From assembly GCA_029261575.1 (NCBI GenBank), contig JAJDBD010000059.1, forward strand, positions 16,182 through 80,181: a DNA stretch of 64,000 nt, in the 5' to 3' direction. This DNA is from Nitrospinaceae bacterium (GTDB taxonomy: Bacteria; Nitrospinota; Nitrospinia; Nitrospinales; JACRGP01). The notes below the pieces were generated by a model. The model was not told the DNA's origin and made no database searches. It saw only the letters and a program-made list of their open reading frames with translations. This document shows, in pieces, positions 19,791-29,807 of the stretch. Each line of letters begins with the position of its first letter. The first letter of the stretch is position 1. The translations under genes and the position numbers were made by a program.

Positions 19791-20513
19791 TTACAAAGCG
19801 CCGATGGTCTTTTTTTGCAAAGCGATCAATTCCTTGATTCCTTTGTCGGCCAGTTTGAGTAGATCGGTCATTTCCTTTTGGTCAAACGGCTCCTGCTCGG
19901 CGGTGCCCTGGATTTCTACAAACTTTCCCGAACCGGTTTTGACGACGTTCATGTCCACGTCGGCCTGGGAGTCCAGTTCGTAATCCAGATCGAGATATTT
20001 TTTTCCGTTCACGATTCCGACGCTGACGGCGGCGATGTAATCCTTGATCGGGTTTTTCTCGATCAGATTTTGTTTCATGAGGGACTTGACGGCCAGTCCA
20101 AGGGCGATGAAGGCGCCGGTGATGGAGGCGCAACGGGTTCCGCCGTCGGCCTGGATCACGTCGCAGTCGATCCAAACGGTTCGCTCTCCCAGTTTGGAAA
20201 GATCAATCACGGTGCGAATGGACCGGCCAATGAGCCTTTGGATTTCCTGCGTTCTGCCGGAAAGTTTTCCGCGCGAGGCCTCCCGGATTGTTCGCGTATT
20301 TGTGGAACTTGGCGTCATGGAATATTCAGCGGTCACCCACCCCTGTTTTTTGCCTCTTAAAAAGTGAGGGACTTTTTCTTCGAGACTGGCGGCGCAGATC
20401 ACCTTGGTGTTTCCAGCCTCGATGAGGACGGAACCGGCGGGGTGCATGATATAGTTTTTGGTGATTTTAACTTTTCGCAGTGCGTTTTGAGCGCGGGCGG
20501 CGGTTTTGACCAT
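19791..20513 (-). CDS. rph: ribonuclease PH
   Basis: 240 aa. [17 protein letters not shown] and [12 protein letters not shown]. Confidence 0.95.
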   Translation of the reverse strand: MVKTAARAQNALRKVKITKNYIMHPAGSVLIEAGNTKVICAASLEEKVPHFLRGKKQGWVTAEYSMTPSSTNTRTIREASRGKLSGRTQEIQRLIGRSIRTVIDLSKLGERTVWIDCDVIQADGGTRCASITGAFIALGLAVKSLMKQNLIEKNPIKDYIAAVSVGIVNGKKYLDLDYELDSQADVDMNVVKTGSGKFVEIQGTAEQEPFDQKEMTDLLKLADKGIKELIALQKKTIGAL

Positions 20514-20704
20514 GGAAATCTCCGGATGATTTAATGAATGGATTATCAGTTCGTTTCGTTTGGCTGGTTAAAATACCAGCAAATCATAGGAATATCAATT
20601 GTCCGCCGCACAATTAAAGGCAGGCAAAAGCTTGGTAAAAAAACTTTCATTGCTTTAAAATTATAATTGATCCTCGCACAAAATCTAATGGACGTGTTAG
20701 CCCT

Positions 20705-22474
20705 ATGGATTCATATTTTGAAAAAGGCGTGAAGCTGGAAGGCGTTCTGAAAGCTAAAAATCCCGTTCGTCTGGACGGAGAGTTTCGCGGCGAGGTGGAG
20801 TCTCAGGGATTATTTGTGGTCGATGGCTCTGGATTGTTCGTGGGGAATATACAGTCCTACGATCTTACCAATAAAGGAGTCATTGAGGGGGATATCAGCG
20901 CCTCCAATAAAATCGATTTAAAAAGCCAAAGCCAACTCTGCGGAGACATAACGGCCTATCAATTCGCCATAGAGGAAGGAGCGGGTTTTAATGGTCGTTG
21001 CCAAATGGCCAAGGCCCCGAAGGACAAACTGTCCACCACCCCTCCCGAAGAAACAATCTCTCAGAAAAAGAAATCGAAGAAAAAACGGTCCAACGATTCC
21101 GCCCCGTCTCCGAAGGTTAAGAAGGCATTCAAATTTGGGAGACGCGTTGCGGGAGTGGCGCTTCTGATCGGCCTCGCGGTTTTGATTTGGAGTGGGAGCG
21201 ATTATTTTTTGAAAACGTCTAAAGGCCAGGTGGAAATTCATCTTGAAAATGCCGTCGTATTTGTCCAGGCCGGAAAACTACCGGAGGCGATCAAGGAGTT
21301 CAACCGGGCCGTCGAAATACGACCCCGTGATCCCAGGGCCTATCTTGGGCTGGCCGAAATACATATCGATAAAAAGAGATTTCATAAGGCGCGTTCTCCA
21401 TTGAAGAAAGCCATAAAACTGGCTCCGAAAACGGCCTTATACCATGTGCGGCTGGCGGACGTTTATCGGGCCGAAAAGCGTTGGGAAGAGGCGTTGGACG
21501 AGTACAAAACCGGAGTGAAGCTGGATCCGAAAAATCATTCGGCATTTTATGGAATGAGCCAGGTTTACGAGGAACAGGAGAAGCCGGACCAGGTCGTTTC
21601 CGCCTTACAGCAAGCGGTGAAGTTGGCTCCAGAAGTTTTTGAATTTCGCAAGGCTCTGGGAAAGGGATTGATCCGGCAGGGGAAAAAATTAAAAGGCGCG
21701 CGGCAATTTCAGGAGGCTTTAAAAATACGTCAAGACGATCCGTCGTTTATCATTCAGACGGGAGAGGCGCTCCTGGAATTAAATTACAAGCAGGAAGCTT
21801 ACCGATACTTTAAACAAGCCGCGTTACTTTTGCCTCAGGATTTTCAGGGACAAATTCGCGCCGAGGATTGGTATTTTGAGAAAAACGTGCTGGATGATTT
21901 TATTAAATCCCAAACCGCCAAAAGCGTAGAAACAAACGAGGTCGTTTCCGAAAAGGAATTGAGCGATCCGGCGCCGGTTGAGAAAGAATCGGAATTGAAC
22001 CTGGCCGATCAACCTGAAAATCCTGAAATTCTTCTGGCGGTGGGCCGGGAAAACTTGGCGGAAAAAAATTACGCCGACGACCTCGACGCTTTAAAAACAG
22101 CCGAGGCGGCGGCGCCGGGCGATCCTCAAATTCAACTGGCGATGTGCAACGCCTATCGGAAAAAAGTTTTTTACACGGCGGGAATTGTGCATTGCCAAAA
22201 AGCCCTGGAACTCAAGAAGGATTATTACGAGGCCATGAACCGCCTCGCCTGGCTGTATGCAAAAAAGAAAATCAACCTGGACGAAGGAATCGCCTTATCG
22301 CAAAGGACTCTCGAAAAATTCCCCGAAAAACACGAGTACATCGACACCTTGTCTGAATTGTATTTTGCCAAAGGCGAAGCGGAGAAGGCAGTGGAAAGTA
22401 TGCAGGTCGCTATCAAGTTGGCGCCGGGGAAAAAATATTACCAGCGTCAATTAGAACGGTTCGAAAAAAAATAA
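20705..22474 (+). CDS. bactofilin-domain / TM / TPR-repeat fusion protein
   Basis: 589 aa. Residues ~1-100 carry the bactofilin beta-helix pattern, ending FAIEEGAGFNGRCQM. A K/S-rich linker and one TM (VAGVALLIGLAVLIWSG) follow, then ~400 aa of TPR-like repeats. Confidence 0.75.
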   Translation: MDSYFEKGVKLEGVLKAKNPVRLDGEFRGEVESQGLFVVDGSGLFVGNIQSYDLTNKGVIEGDISASNKIDLKSQSQLCGDITAYQFAIEEGAGFNGRCQMAKAPKDKLSTTPPEETISQKKKSKKKRSNDSAPSPKVKKAFKFGRRVAGVALLIGLAVLIWSGSDYFLKTSKGQVEIHLENAVVFVQAGKLPEAIKEFNRAVEIRPRDPRAYLGLAEIHIDKKRFHKARSPLKKAIKLAPKTALYHVRLADVYRAEKRWEEALDEYKTGVKLDPKNHSAFYGMSQVYEEQEKPDQVVSALQQAVKLAPEVFEFRKALGKGLIRQGKKLKGARQFQEALKIRQDDPSFIIQTGEALLELNYKQEAYRYFKQAALLLPQDFQGQIRAEDWYFEKNVLDDFIKSQTAKSVETNEVVSEKELSDPAPVEKESELNLADQPENPEILLAVGRENLAEKNYADDLDALKTAEAAAPGDPQIQLAMCNAYRKKVFYTAGIVHCQKALELKKDYYEAMNRLAWLYAKKKINLDEGIALSQRTLEKFPEKHEYIDTLSELYFAKGEAEKAVESMQVAIKLAPGKKYYQRQLERFEKK

Positions 22475-22663
22475 CCGGCGTACCGCCGGTGGTAACGGTT
22501 GGCGATTGAGAAATTTTTTACAATCCGGAATCCAACCCATCGATTTTTCGCTATTGTATTCGAGATGCAAATCCGCCGTGGTTTACGGCATTCACCCTAA
22601 ACGATGACTAGTCTGCCTCCAGGCGCTTGCCTGGCGCCTGCTGGCTCCGGCGCCTCGCCGGTT
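22475..22663. repeat. GC-rich modular intergenic repeat, copy B
   Basis: TGCCTCCAGGCGCTTGCC lies at 22614-22631 and CCGGCGCCTCGCCGGTT is shared with copy A. The central part (GGTTGGCGATTGAGAAATTTTTTACAATC...ATCGATTTTTCGCTATTGT) parallels 57801-57860 of copy C. Starts ATAACCGGC right at a stop codon, as copy A does. Confidence 0.75.
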
Positions 22664-23603
22664 AGAATATTCCTCCGGCCTTCATGCCTATATAGGAAAA
22701 ATAGCAGATCAACAGGATGGCGCCGTCGCGTTTTGAGAGTTGATGTTCCAGACGAATCAATATAATGAGCAGGCAGGTCAGAACGGTGGTGACGACCAGG
22801 TCGGGGTGAATGGGTTCCTGAATGTGCAGTGGCTTGATGCTTGCGGCCACGCCCAGGACCATAAGAATATTAAAAATATTACTGCCGAAAACGTTGCCAA
22901 TGGCCATCTCTGCATGACCGCGCTTCGCGGCGATGATGGAAGAAACAATTTCCGGCAGACTTGTTCCCACAGCGACAATGGAGATTCCTATGAACCATTC
23001 GCTGATTCCAAACGACCGGGCGATGCTGGCCGCGCCCTTGACCAGCCAGTGGGCGCCCAGCACCAGCATGATCAATCCGACCACTATCAATAAGACCTGA
23101 ATGCCCATGCCTCCTTCGGGAAACAGGCGCTCGTCTTCTTCGACTTCGAAAATCGAATCCTCTTTCTTGCTCAGGTTCCGCCAGATATACGCCGCCAAAA
23201 GTAAAATCAGGACGGCGCCGTTGACCCGCGATAACTGGAGATTCCAGGCCAGGCCCAGGATTAAAAAAGTGGCTCCCAGCAAGGGGATGGATTCATCGCG
23301 CAGGCGTTTTTCGGCGATGCACAAAGGCGATACGAGAGCGGTGAGTCCCAGGACCAGCCCGACATTGGCGATGTTGCTTCCAATCACGTTGCCCAAGGCC
23401 AGTTCCGGGGATCCCTGGAACGACGCCAGAACGCTGACGGCCAACTCCGGGGCGGAGGTTCCAAAACCGATGACCGTGGCGCCGATAACAAAAGGACTGA
23501 TTTTAAATTGACGGGCGATGCGCACCGCGCCGGTGATTAAAAAATCGCCTCCGTAATACAAAACGACGAGTCCTGCGGCGATCATCAAAAGATCAATCAA
23601 CAT
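22662..23603 (-). CDS. Ca2+/Na+ antiporter (CaCA/YrbG family)
   Basis: 313 aa. Two alpha-repeats, GTSAPELAVS and GTSLPEIVSS. Confidence 0.85.
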   Translation of the reverse strand: MLIDLLMIAAGLVVLYYGGDFLITGAVRIARQFKISPFVIGATVIGFGTSAPELAVSVLASFQGSPELALGNVIGSNIANVGLVLGLTALVSPLCIAEKRLRDESIPLLGATFLILGLAWNLQLSRVNGAVLILLLAAYIWRNLSKKEDSIFEVEEDERLFPEGGMGIQVLLIVVGLIMLVLGAHWLVKGAASIARSFGISEWFIGISIVAVGTSLPEIVSSIIAAKRGHAEMAIGNVFGSNIFNILMVLGVAASIKPLHIQEPIHPDLVVTTVLTCLLIILIRLEHQLSKRDGAILLICYFSYIGMKAGGIF

Positions 23604-23658
23604 TCAAAAATCCCCGAAAACAAAATTGCAAGGCGCGGATTATTTGGAGGAGTGTAAC

Positions 23659-25668
23659 TCATCCTTCTTTCGATGACGAAGGGTTATTTTGCGCCGGACC
23701 GTCGCGAAGCGCCCGCATTCCCTTGTCCAGTTGGGCGTGGCTACCGAATATGATGAGGATATCCCGGTGTTGCAGAAGAAAATCCTCGGGCGGATGGGCT
23801 TGAACCTTGCGGTTGCGGACGATAGCGAGCAGGGAGACTCCGGCGGTTTCTTCCAGGGAAATCTCCCGCAAGGTCTTGCCGTTGACCCAGGAGTCGTCCA
23901 AAACATGAAACGACTCCGTCAAGCTGGCGGTCAGGTAATGCGAGTATTTCCCCAAACCCTCGGTGGTGATGGATACGCCGCGAAACATGGCGTAACCTTC
24001 CAGGCGAATCAGTTCGATTTGTTGTTCGATGATGTTGTTGGGGATGCGGTATTCCCTGAGGACGCGCGAAAATATCTCAATGGAGGTTTCAAATTCTTCC
24101 GGAACCACCTGGTCGGCCCCTGCGTCCCGCAATAATTCCACCCGGTTGGCGTAATGGGTGCGGACCATCACGTAAATATCCGGGTTGAGGTTTTTGGCCA
24201 GCTTGACGCCCTGTTCGGTCAACGCGGAATCGGAAAAGAGAAAGACGATCATCTTTGCGGCGTCGATTCCCGCGCGCCGCAAAATATCCCGGTGAGTGGC
24301 GTCCCCGAACAAGGTTTTAACGCCGTCCGCTACCGCCTGTCTAATGCTTTCACCGTCCAGGTCGACCACGATGAACGATACGTGGGTTTCCTGTAAAACG
24401 CGGGAAAGGTGCCTGCCGCCCAAACCGTAGCCCGCGATGATAACATGATCCGCAAGCGGGGAGGCTTTTGCCTCGTCGTCGGTTCCTGCCGTCGTAAAAA
24501 TACGCGATAAAAATGAAACCGTCGTATTCGTCAAATACTGGATGATGAGCGGAGACAGCAACATGCTGGCGATGGAGACTATCAGGAACGATTGGAACAA
24601 CGGCTCGTCGAGCAATTTGGAATCCCGGGCCATTCCCGCCACCAGGAGAGAAAACTCTCCGATTTGAGCCAGACGAATCCCGACGAGCAACGAAACGCGC
24701 AATGAAAATTTCATGCACCAGGCGGCGGCCGTTGCGAAAATTGCCTTGAGGAAAATTACTAGCAAGGTCAATCCCAGGTACATGAAAAAAGAGTCGAATA
24801 AAAGGCTGGAGTTCAACAACATGCCGATGGAAATAAAAAAGATGCTGACGAAATAATCTTTAAGGGGCAAGGCGTCCAAAACGATCTGATAGCTGAATTC
24901 GGATTCGGAAAGGATGAGGCCCGCGATAAACGCGCCCATGGCGAGGGTCAGGCCCAGGCTTTCAGAAACCCAGCCGGTGGCCAGAATGATCAGGATGGTG
25001 AGGAGAGTGAGGTGTTCCTTGCTCCCGGTTTTGGAAATTGCGTTTAAAAACTTTGGGACGATCTTTCGGGACAGCAGAAAAATCACCACTACCGCAACCA
25101 TGGATTCCAAAAGGGCGAGGATGATGTGTCCCGTTCCCGCTTCGTTGTTTGGGGACAGGAGGGGGACGATGAGCATCAAAGGGACCACGCAGACGTCCTG
25201 GAACAGGAGCGCGCCTACGGTGGTTTTTCCATGCACGGCGTCGAGTTCGGCCTGGTCGGTAATTATTTTAAGGACAATGGCTGTGCTACTGAGCGCCGCC
25301 GCCAGTCCCAGGAATATCGATTGATTGAGTGGGAGTTCAAAATACCAGTCGATCAGCAATATAAACGGGATCGAGGTGAAAATAATTTGCAGGCTCCCGA
25401 CTCCAAGTATCTGCGCGAGGTTGCGGAGCAAGTGGGCGACGGAGAACTCGAGTCCGATGACAAATAAAAGCAGGACGACGCCGATTCCTGCCAGGGACTC
25501 CACCGATTCCGGGTCGCCGATCAATTGCAGGCCGTGTGGGCCGATAAGGATTCCGGCAATCAGGTACCCAATGACGGAGGGCAATTTCAGCCGATGAAAC
25601 AAAACGTTTATCGGCAGGGAGACCAGCAATAAAATCGTCAGATCCTGAATCAAATGGTTTTCGCTCAT
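23659..25668 (-). CDS. CPA2 monovalent cation:proton antiporter with RCK (TrkA-N/TrkA-C) domains (Kef-like)
   Basis: 669 aa. ~12 TM N-domain, Rossmann HVIIAGYGLGGRHL, and a C-terminal TrkA-C-like region. Confidence 0.85.
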   Translation of the reverse strand: MSENHLIQDLTILLLVSLPINVLFHRLKLPSVIGYLIAGILIGPHGLQLIGDPESVESLAGIGVVLLLFVIGLEFSVAHLLRNLAQILGVGSLQIIFTSIPFILLIDWYFELPLNQSIFLGLAAALSSTAIVLKIITDQAELDAVHGKTTVGALLFQDVCVVPLMLIVPLLSPNNEAGTGHIILALLESMVAVVVIFLLSRKIVPKFLNAISKTGSKEHLTLLTILIILATGWVSESLGLTLAMGAFIAGLILSESEFSYQIVLDALPLKDYFVSIFFISIGMLLNSSLLFDSFFMYLGLTLLVIFLKAIFATAAAWCMKFSLRVSLLVGIRLAQIGEFSLLVAGMARDSKLLDEPLFQSFLIVSIASMLLSPLIIQYLTNTTVSFLSRIFTTAGTDDEAKASPLADHVIIAGYGLGGRHLSRVLQETHVSFIVVDLDGESIRQAVADGVKTLFGDATHRDILRRAGIDAAKMIVFLFSDSALTEQGVKLAKNLNPDIYVMVRTHYANRVELLRDAGADQVVPEEFETSIEIFSRVLREYRIPNNIIEQQIELIRLEGYAMFRGVSITTEGLGKYSHYLTASLTESFHVLDDSWVNGKTLREISLEETAGVSLLAIVRNRKVQAHPPEDFLLQHRDILIIFGSHAQLDKGMRALRDGPAQNNPSSSKEG

Positions 25669-25761
25669 TCTGTTTTCTATCTTTGGGAGGAATTAAAGGC
25701 GCCGGATCAGATTTTAACAAATGGGAGGAGGAAGGCAAAAGAAACCGGAGGGAGAGGTCAA

Positions 25762-25796
25762 ATAAAAAACCAGAAAACCCCGTTGGGATTTTCTGG
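25762..25796 (-). terminator. Rho-independent terminator of the small secreted-protein gene
   Basis: The minus strand reads CCAGAAAATCCCAACGGGGTTTTCTGG (8+3 bp stem with one mismatch) followed by TTTTTTATTT. It lies ~60 nt after the stop at 25859. Confidence 0.7.
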
Positions 25797-25858
25797 TTCT
25801 ATTAAAGCGATTGAGCGATTAACGCGCCAGGACCGAGGGCGCGTTTGGCAATTTCAAG

Positions 25859-26194
25859 TTACATTCTGGAGCCGCCGCTGCCTTCTTCCATTCCTCCGCG
25901 ATGCTCTTTTGAAGTGTCTTTCATTTTATCATGTTCGCCCTTCATGTCATTTTTACCCTCGCTGCCTTCCGCCTTGGAATACTCCTTGCCGTGCTTGTCC
26001 TTGTATTCCTTATGGTCGCCCTCGCTGGAGGTGTGGACCGCCGAGGTTCCGCTGCCTTCTTCCACGGGCTTGGGTTTCATGGTTTGTTTCGAGTCGCTGC
26101 CTTCGTCCATATGATCGTCAGCCAAAAGGTTTGCGGGAAAGGACAGGGCAAGGGCAAACAGAAACGCGACGGAAATTTTTGCCAGATGACTCAT
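25859..26194 (-). CDS. small secreted His/Met/Glu/Lys/Gly-rich protein (hypothetical)
   Basis: 111 aa. Signal peptide MSHLAKISVAFLFALALSFPANLLA. The mature part has 6 His, 6 Met and four EGS motifs. TAGGAG RBS 7 nt before ATG, with its own promoter-like and terminator elements. Confidence 0.7.
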   Translation of the reverse strand: MSHLAKISVAFLFALALSFPANLLADDHMDEGSDSKQTMKPKPVEEGSGTSAVHTSSEGDHKEYKDKHGKEYSKAEGSEGKNDMKGEHDKMKDTSKEHRGGMEEGSGGSRM

Positions 26195-26291
26195 TGCTAA
26201 CTCCTAAGTTGATGTTTGTATAAAAAAAATGCCAGCCAGTTCAGTACATTGTGTATAGGTCGAAAGTAACGGCGATACCTTACGAAAAAAT

Positions 26292-26300
26292 ATTATATCA
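26292..26300 (-). promoter_or_regulatory. extended -10 promoter element (TGATATAAT)
   Basis: The minus strand reads TTGATATAAT ~95 nt upstream of the 26194 start. No clear -35. Confidence 0.3.
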
Positions 26301-26485
26301 ACCGGGGCGGGGGATAAATAGCCGGAAATTGGAAGCTTTATTTTGGTTTTGTCTGGCGGGAGGGCAATGAAACAGGGAACTCTAAAGGGGAAACATCGAA
26401 CCTTTCCCCGTTTAGTTTTCCAGCAAAAAAGACGGCTCGTAGGGGCAAGTTATCGCAAACTGCCCCCACGGCAAGTGGGGAAGGG

Positions 26486-27541
26486 CTAGCCTTCCGACCG
26501 GATAAACGAACTTTTGAAACCTTTTGAAGCCAGATTTTTTTGTTGCCGCACTGCCTCGGTCCGGCTGGAGAATCCACCGGTTTTCACGTAATAAAGAGAG
26601 GCTTGGCTGTTTTTAAATTTCCTGCCCGACAGAAAGCCCCTAATGCTGAGCCTGTCCTGGAGAGTTTCAGCTTCCCTCTGGCTTTTGAATTTTCCCAGCA
26701 AGAAGGTGTAGGAACCGCTGGGCGAGTTTTCCCATTGCGGCGAAAATCCGGCCTGCTTGAGCTGATCGAACTGGTATTGACCGCTGGTTTTGTTAGGATG
26801 GTCTCCCACATAGACGGCGTGTACTCTGGCGGTTTGGGATTTGGCCCAAATGGAGGGCGCGAAACCCTTGGCCTGCAGTTTTCTGGAAAAGTCCTGGGCG
26901 TTTGCTTTATTGCCAAAGGCGCCCAACTGGATATAGAATCCCTTGGCGGCGGCGCCCGATTGAACCGGCGTAGCGGAAACAGTTGGCGCCGGGATGGGAA
27001 CTGATTTTTTAGGTAATTTTTTTTCAATCCGGCGGACGGGAGTTTTGGTCACCGCGCGAACCGCAGGTATATTGGCGATGGGTTTTCTAATTTCGGGAGT
27101 AACCGGCGGAGGCAGAAAGTCGGACGCCTTTTTGGGAATCTCATTTTTGATCGCCGGAGCGGGAACGGTTTTGGGCGGTAACTTTTCCTGCAGGGCAGGG
27201 AGTTGTTGTTCCCCAATACTGGCCGATGGCGACAGGGCGGCGACGTCTTCTTCCGGCAACAGGGTTTCGTTCTCGGAGGTTCGGCTGGAGCTGTCCACCC
27301 AAAAATAAAGTCCAAACAGTATGACGACAGCCACTGCGGACATGGTTAACAATTTGGAGTGCTTGGAGCGAACTTTTTGCTCGGCTTCCAGTTCAGCTTC
27401 GATTTCCGCGTCTTCCATGATTTCTTCAATCCGTTTGCTGTACTTACTTTTTTCTTCGAAAGACTCGGGAGTAAAAAGGTCGTGTGGATGAGAAATTTGA
27501 TTGATCATGGCTTTTTTGTGTTGGATGGTTGAAAGGTTCAA
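26486..27541 (-). CDS. SPOR-domain (septal peptidoglycan-binding) membrane protein
   Basis: 351 aa. One TM (LLTMSAVAVVILFGLYFWV), a Pro-rich linker, and two C-terminal SPOR-like repeats (GFYIQLGAFGNKANAQDF...; YTFLLGKFKSQREAETL...). Confidence 0.75.
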   Translation of the reverse strand: MNLSTIQHKKAMINQISHPHDLFTPESFEEKSKYSKRIEEIMEDAEIEAELEAEQKVRSKHSKLLTMSAVAVVILFGLYFWVDSSSRTSENETLLPEEDVAALSPSASIGEQQLPALQEKLPPKTVPAPAIKNEIPKKASDFLPPPVTPEIRKPIANIPAVRAVTKTPVRRIEKKLPKKSVPIPAPTVSATPVQSGAAAKGFYIQLGAFGNKANAQDFSRKLQAKGFAPSIWAKSQTARVHAVYVGDHPNKTSGQYQFDQLKQAGFSPQWENSPSGSYTFLLGKFKSQREAETLQDRLSIRGFLSGRKFKNSQASLYYVKTGGFSSRTEAVRQQKNLASKGFKSSFIRSEG

Positions 27542-27764
27542 AAATCAACGGGTTTAGGCTTATGGATGAAATTGCGTTTGATTTTAATTTGCGCTCCGGA
27601 TCAAAATCATCAGGCCCTATGTTATTAATTTAATTGACCTTGTTCAATTTTTCATTAGTATATCCATGTAGTTTTAAGCTGTCAAGAGAAACCGAAGCCG
27701 GAAAAATTAAAAATCTCATTAAAAATCAAATGGTTGTGCCAGCTAAATCCGGCGGCGACCTAGG

Positions 27765-28658
27765 ATGCGTCGGATGGATTTATCGGTAAATTTAGGCAAA
27801 CTGCAATTGGCCCATCCGGTTCTGGCGGCGTCCGGAACTTTTGGGTACGGATTGGAGTACGCCCCTTTTGTCGACCTGAACCGTCTGGCCGGGTTTGCAA
27901 CCAAAGGGCTTTCGCTAAAACCCAGGCAAGGCAATCCCGTTCCCAGGATGGTGGAAACCCCGTCTGGAATGCTGAACGCCATCGGGTTGGAAAATATCGG
28001 GCTGGAAGCTTTTTTACGGGATAAGTTGCCCCTCCTTCACGCCTACAAAACTAAAATCATCGTCAATTTTTTTGGCGAAAGCCTGGAAGAATACGCCGAA
28101 ATGGCCGCCGCTCTGGATTCCGTCGAGCGCGTGGACGCCCTGGAGATGAATATATCCTGTCCGAACGTCTCTGCGGGCGGAACATTTTTTAGTTCTGAGT
28201 CGGGGATAGTCGAGCAGGTAGTACAAGCGACGCGACGGGCGACGGAAAAATTTTTGATCGTAAAACTGTCCCCCAACGTGACGGACATTGCGGAAATGGC
28301 ACGAGCGGCGGAAGGCGCGGGGGCGGAAGCGTTATCCGTGGCCAATACCTATGTGGGAATGAAGATGGACGTCGAGCGCGGCCAGCCTTATTTAGCCAAT
28401 GCGACGGGCGGATTATCGGGACCGGCCATCAAACCGATCACGTTGGCTCTGGTTCGCCAATGCGCGCTGGCGGTCAAGATTCCTATTATCGGCATTGGGG
28501 GGATAACAAACGCGGAGGACGCGCTGGAATATTTAATGGCCGGCGCGAAAGCCGTTCAAGTCGGCACGGCTAATTTCATCGACCCCGCAGTTACAATGAA
28601 GATCCTCGACGGCCTCGAATCCCACTACCGGAAAACCGGGGGAAAGGGATTGCCTTAG
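27765..28658 (+). CDS. pyrD: dihydroorotate dehydrogenase, class 1 catalytic subunit
   Basis: 297 aa. AASGTFGYG, EMNISCPNV (active-site Cys) and IGIGGI motifs. The start may be the Met at 27774. Confidence 0.9.
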   Translation: MRRMDLSVNLGKLQLAHPVLAASGTFGYGLEYAPFVDLNRLAGFATKGLSLKPRQGNPVPRMVETPSGMLNAIGLENIGLEAFLRDKLPLLHAYKTKIIVNFFGESLEEYAEMAAALDSVERVDALEMNISCPNVSAGGTFFSSESGIVEQVVQATRRATEKFLIVKLSPNVTDIAEMARAAEGAGAEALSVANTYVGMKMDVERGQPYLANATGGLSGPAIKPITLALVRQCALAVKIPIIGIGGITNAEDALEYLMAGAKAVQVGTANFIDPAVTMKILDGLESHYRKTGGKGLP

Positions 28659-28664
28659 CCGGAA

Positions 28665-29807
28665 TCAAGACAGGTACACCCTCGGGACGCGTTTACCGAC
28701 GGCGCACAAGGTTTCGTAGGGCAGGGTTCCGCTTTGGGCGGCGACTTCTTCCACGCGGATGCTCTCCTCTCCCTGCGTTCCGATGATCACGACCTCGTCG
28801 CCCTCCCTCGCTTCGGGAACTTCGGTGACGTCGATCAAAATCATGTCCATGCAAATATTTCCCACCTGCGGCGTCCGGCGTCCGCGCACAAGGACATGCA
28901 TTTTATTGGACAGGTTTCGCGCCAGTCCGTCGGCGTAACCCAGAGGCAGGGTGGCGATGCGGCTTTCCCGACGCGTACTTTGCGTTTTGCCGTAACTCAA
29001 CCCGGCGCCGGGAGGCAGGGTGTTTACCTGGATGATCCGGCTCTTCCATTGCATGACCGGCTGGAATCCGCCGACTCCCTTTGCAAAGCTCTCGGCAAAG
29101 GGTATTAGCGCTTCGGATAACAAGGCCCCATAGAGGATCAGGCCGGGGCGGGTCAGGTTGTGCCAGGTTTCGGGATATTTGATCATCGCCGCGCTGTTGG
29201 CGCTGTGTATGTAAGGAACGTCCAACCCGGATTTTTCCGCCCGCTCCAAGACCTCCCGAAATCTGGAAATTTGCAACCGGGTGTATTCGGGATCCTCTTC
29301 GTCGGCGCAGGAAAAATGCGTGGAGACTCCCTGGACGACAAGATTTTTTGATTTTCCGACTCGTTCCAGCAGGGAGGGAAAGTCCTCCATAGTCGCGCCC
29401 AAACGCCCCATCCCGGTATCGACTTTAACGTGAACGCCGACGGTTTTTCCGGCTTGGGCGGCCGCTTTTTCCAGAGCGTCGGCAAGAGCGTGGGTGGTCA
29501 GAACGGTTGAAAGGTCGTGTTGGATCAGAGCTTCGACCTCGTTTGGAAAGACGCTTCCCAACACGAGGATGGGGGCCGACAAACCGCTTTCGCGCAACTC
29601 GATCCCTTCCTGGACGATACCGACGCCCAACCAGTCGGCGCCGACTTCGACAGCCGCCTGGGCGCAAGGGACTGCGCCGTGGCCGTAAGCGTCCGCCTTG
29701 ACGACGGCAAGAACTCCCACTTCGGGACCCAGCGCGGTTTTGACGGTTCTTAAATTGCCGCGAAAGGCGTTCAGGTTAATTTCTGCGTAGGTGGCTCGTT
29801 GCGGCAT
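28665..29807 (-). CDS. alr: alanine racemase
   Basis: ORF 28665..29966. AVVKADAYGHG PLP-lysine motif. I trim the start to Met54 (MPQRATYAEINLNAF, 29807), which gives a typical ~380 aa and removes the overlap with 29885..30370. Confidence 0.9.
   Translation of the reverse strand: MPQRATYAEINLNAFRGNLRTVKTALGPEVGVLAVVKADAYGHGAVPCAQAAVEVGADWLGVGIVQEGIELRESGLSAPILVLGSVFPNEVEALIQHDLSTVLTTHALADALEKAAAQAGKTVGVHVKVDTGMGRLGATMEDFPSLLERVGKSKNLVVQGVSTHFSCADEEDPEYTRLQISRFREVLERAEKSGLDVPYIHSANSAAMIKYPETWHNLTRPGLILYGALLSEALIPFAESFAKGVGGFQPVMQWKSRIIQVNTLPPGAGLSYGKTQSTRRESRIATLPLGYADGLARNLSNKMHVLVRGRRTPQVGNICMDMILIDVTEVPEAREGDEVVIIGTQGEESIRVEEVAAQSGTLPYETLCAVGKRVPRVYLS

Noticed and set aside
26390-26485. Three consecutive G/C hairpins after the SPOR gene, considered as a possible small RNA or riboswitch. 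On the minus strand they read CCCCAC-TTGCC-GTGGGG, GGGGCA..TGCCCC and GGGGAAA..TTTCCCC.
   Set aside because: I recognise no conserved riboswitch core. They sit at the 3' end of a gene and are most simply terminator or stabiliser hairpins. None has a canonical adjacent U-tract, so I did not call a feature.
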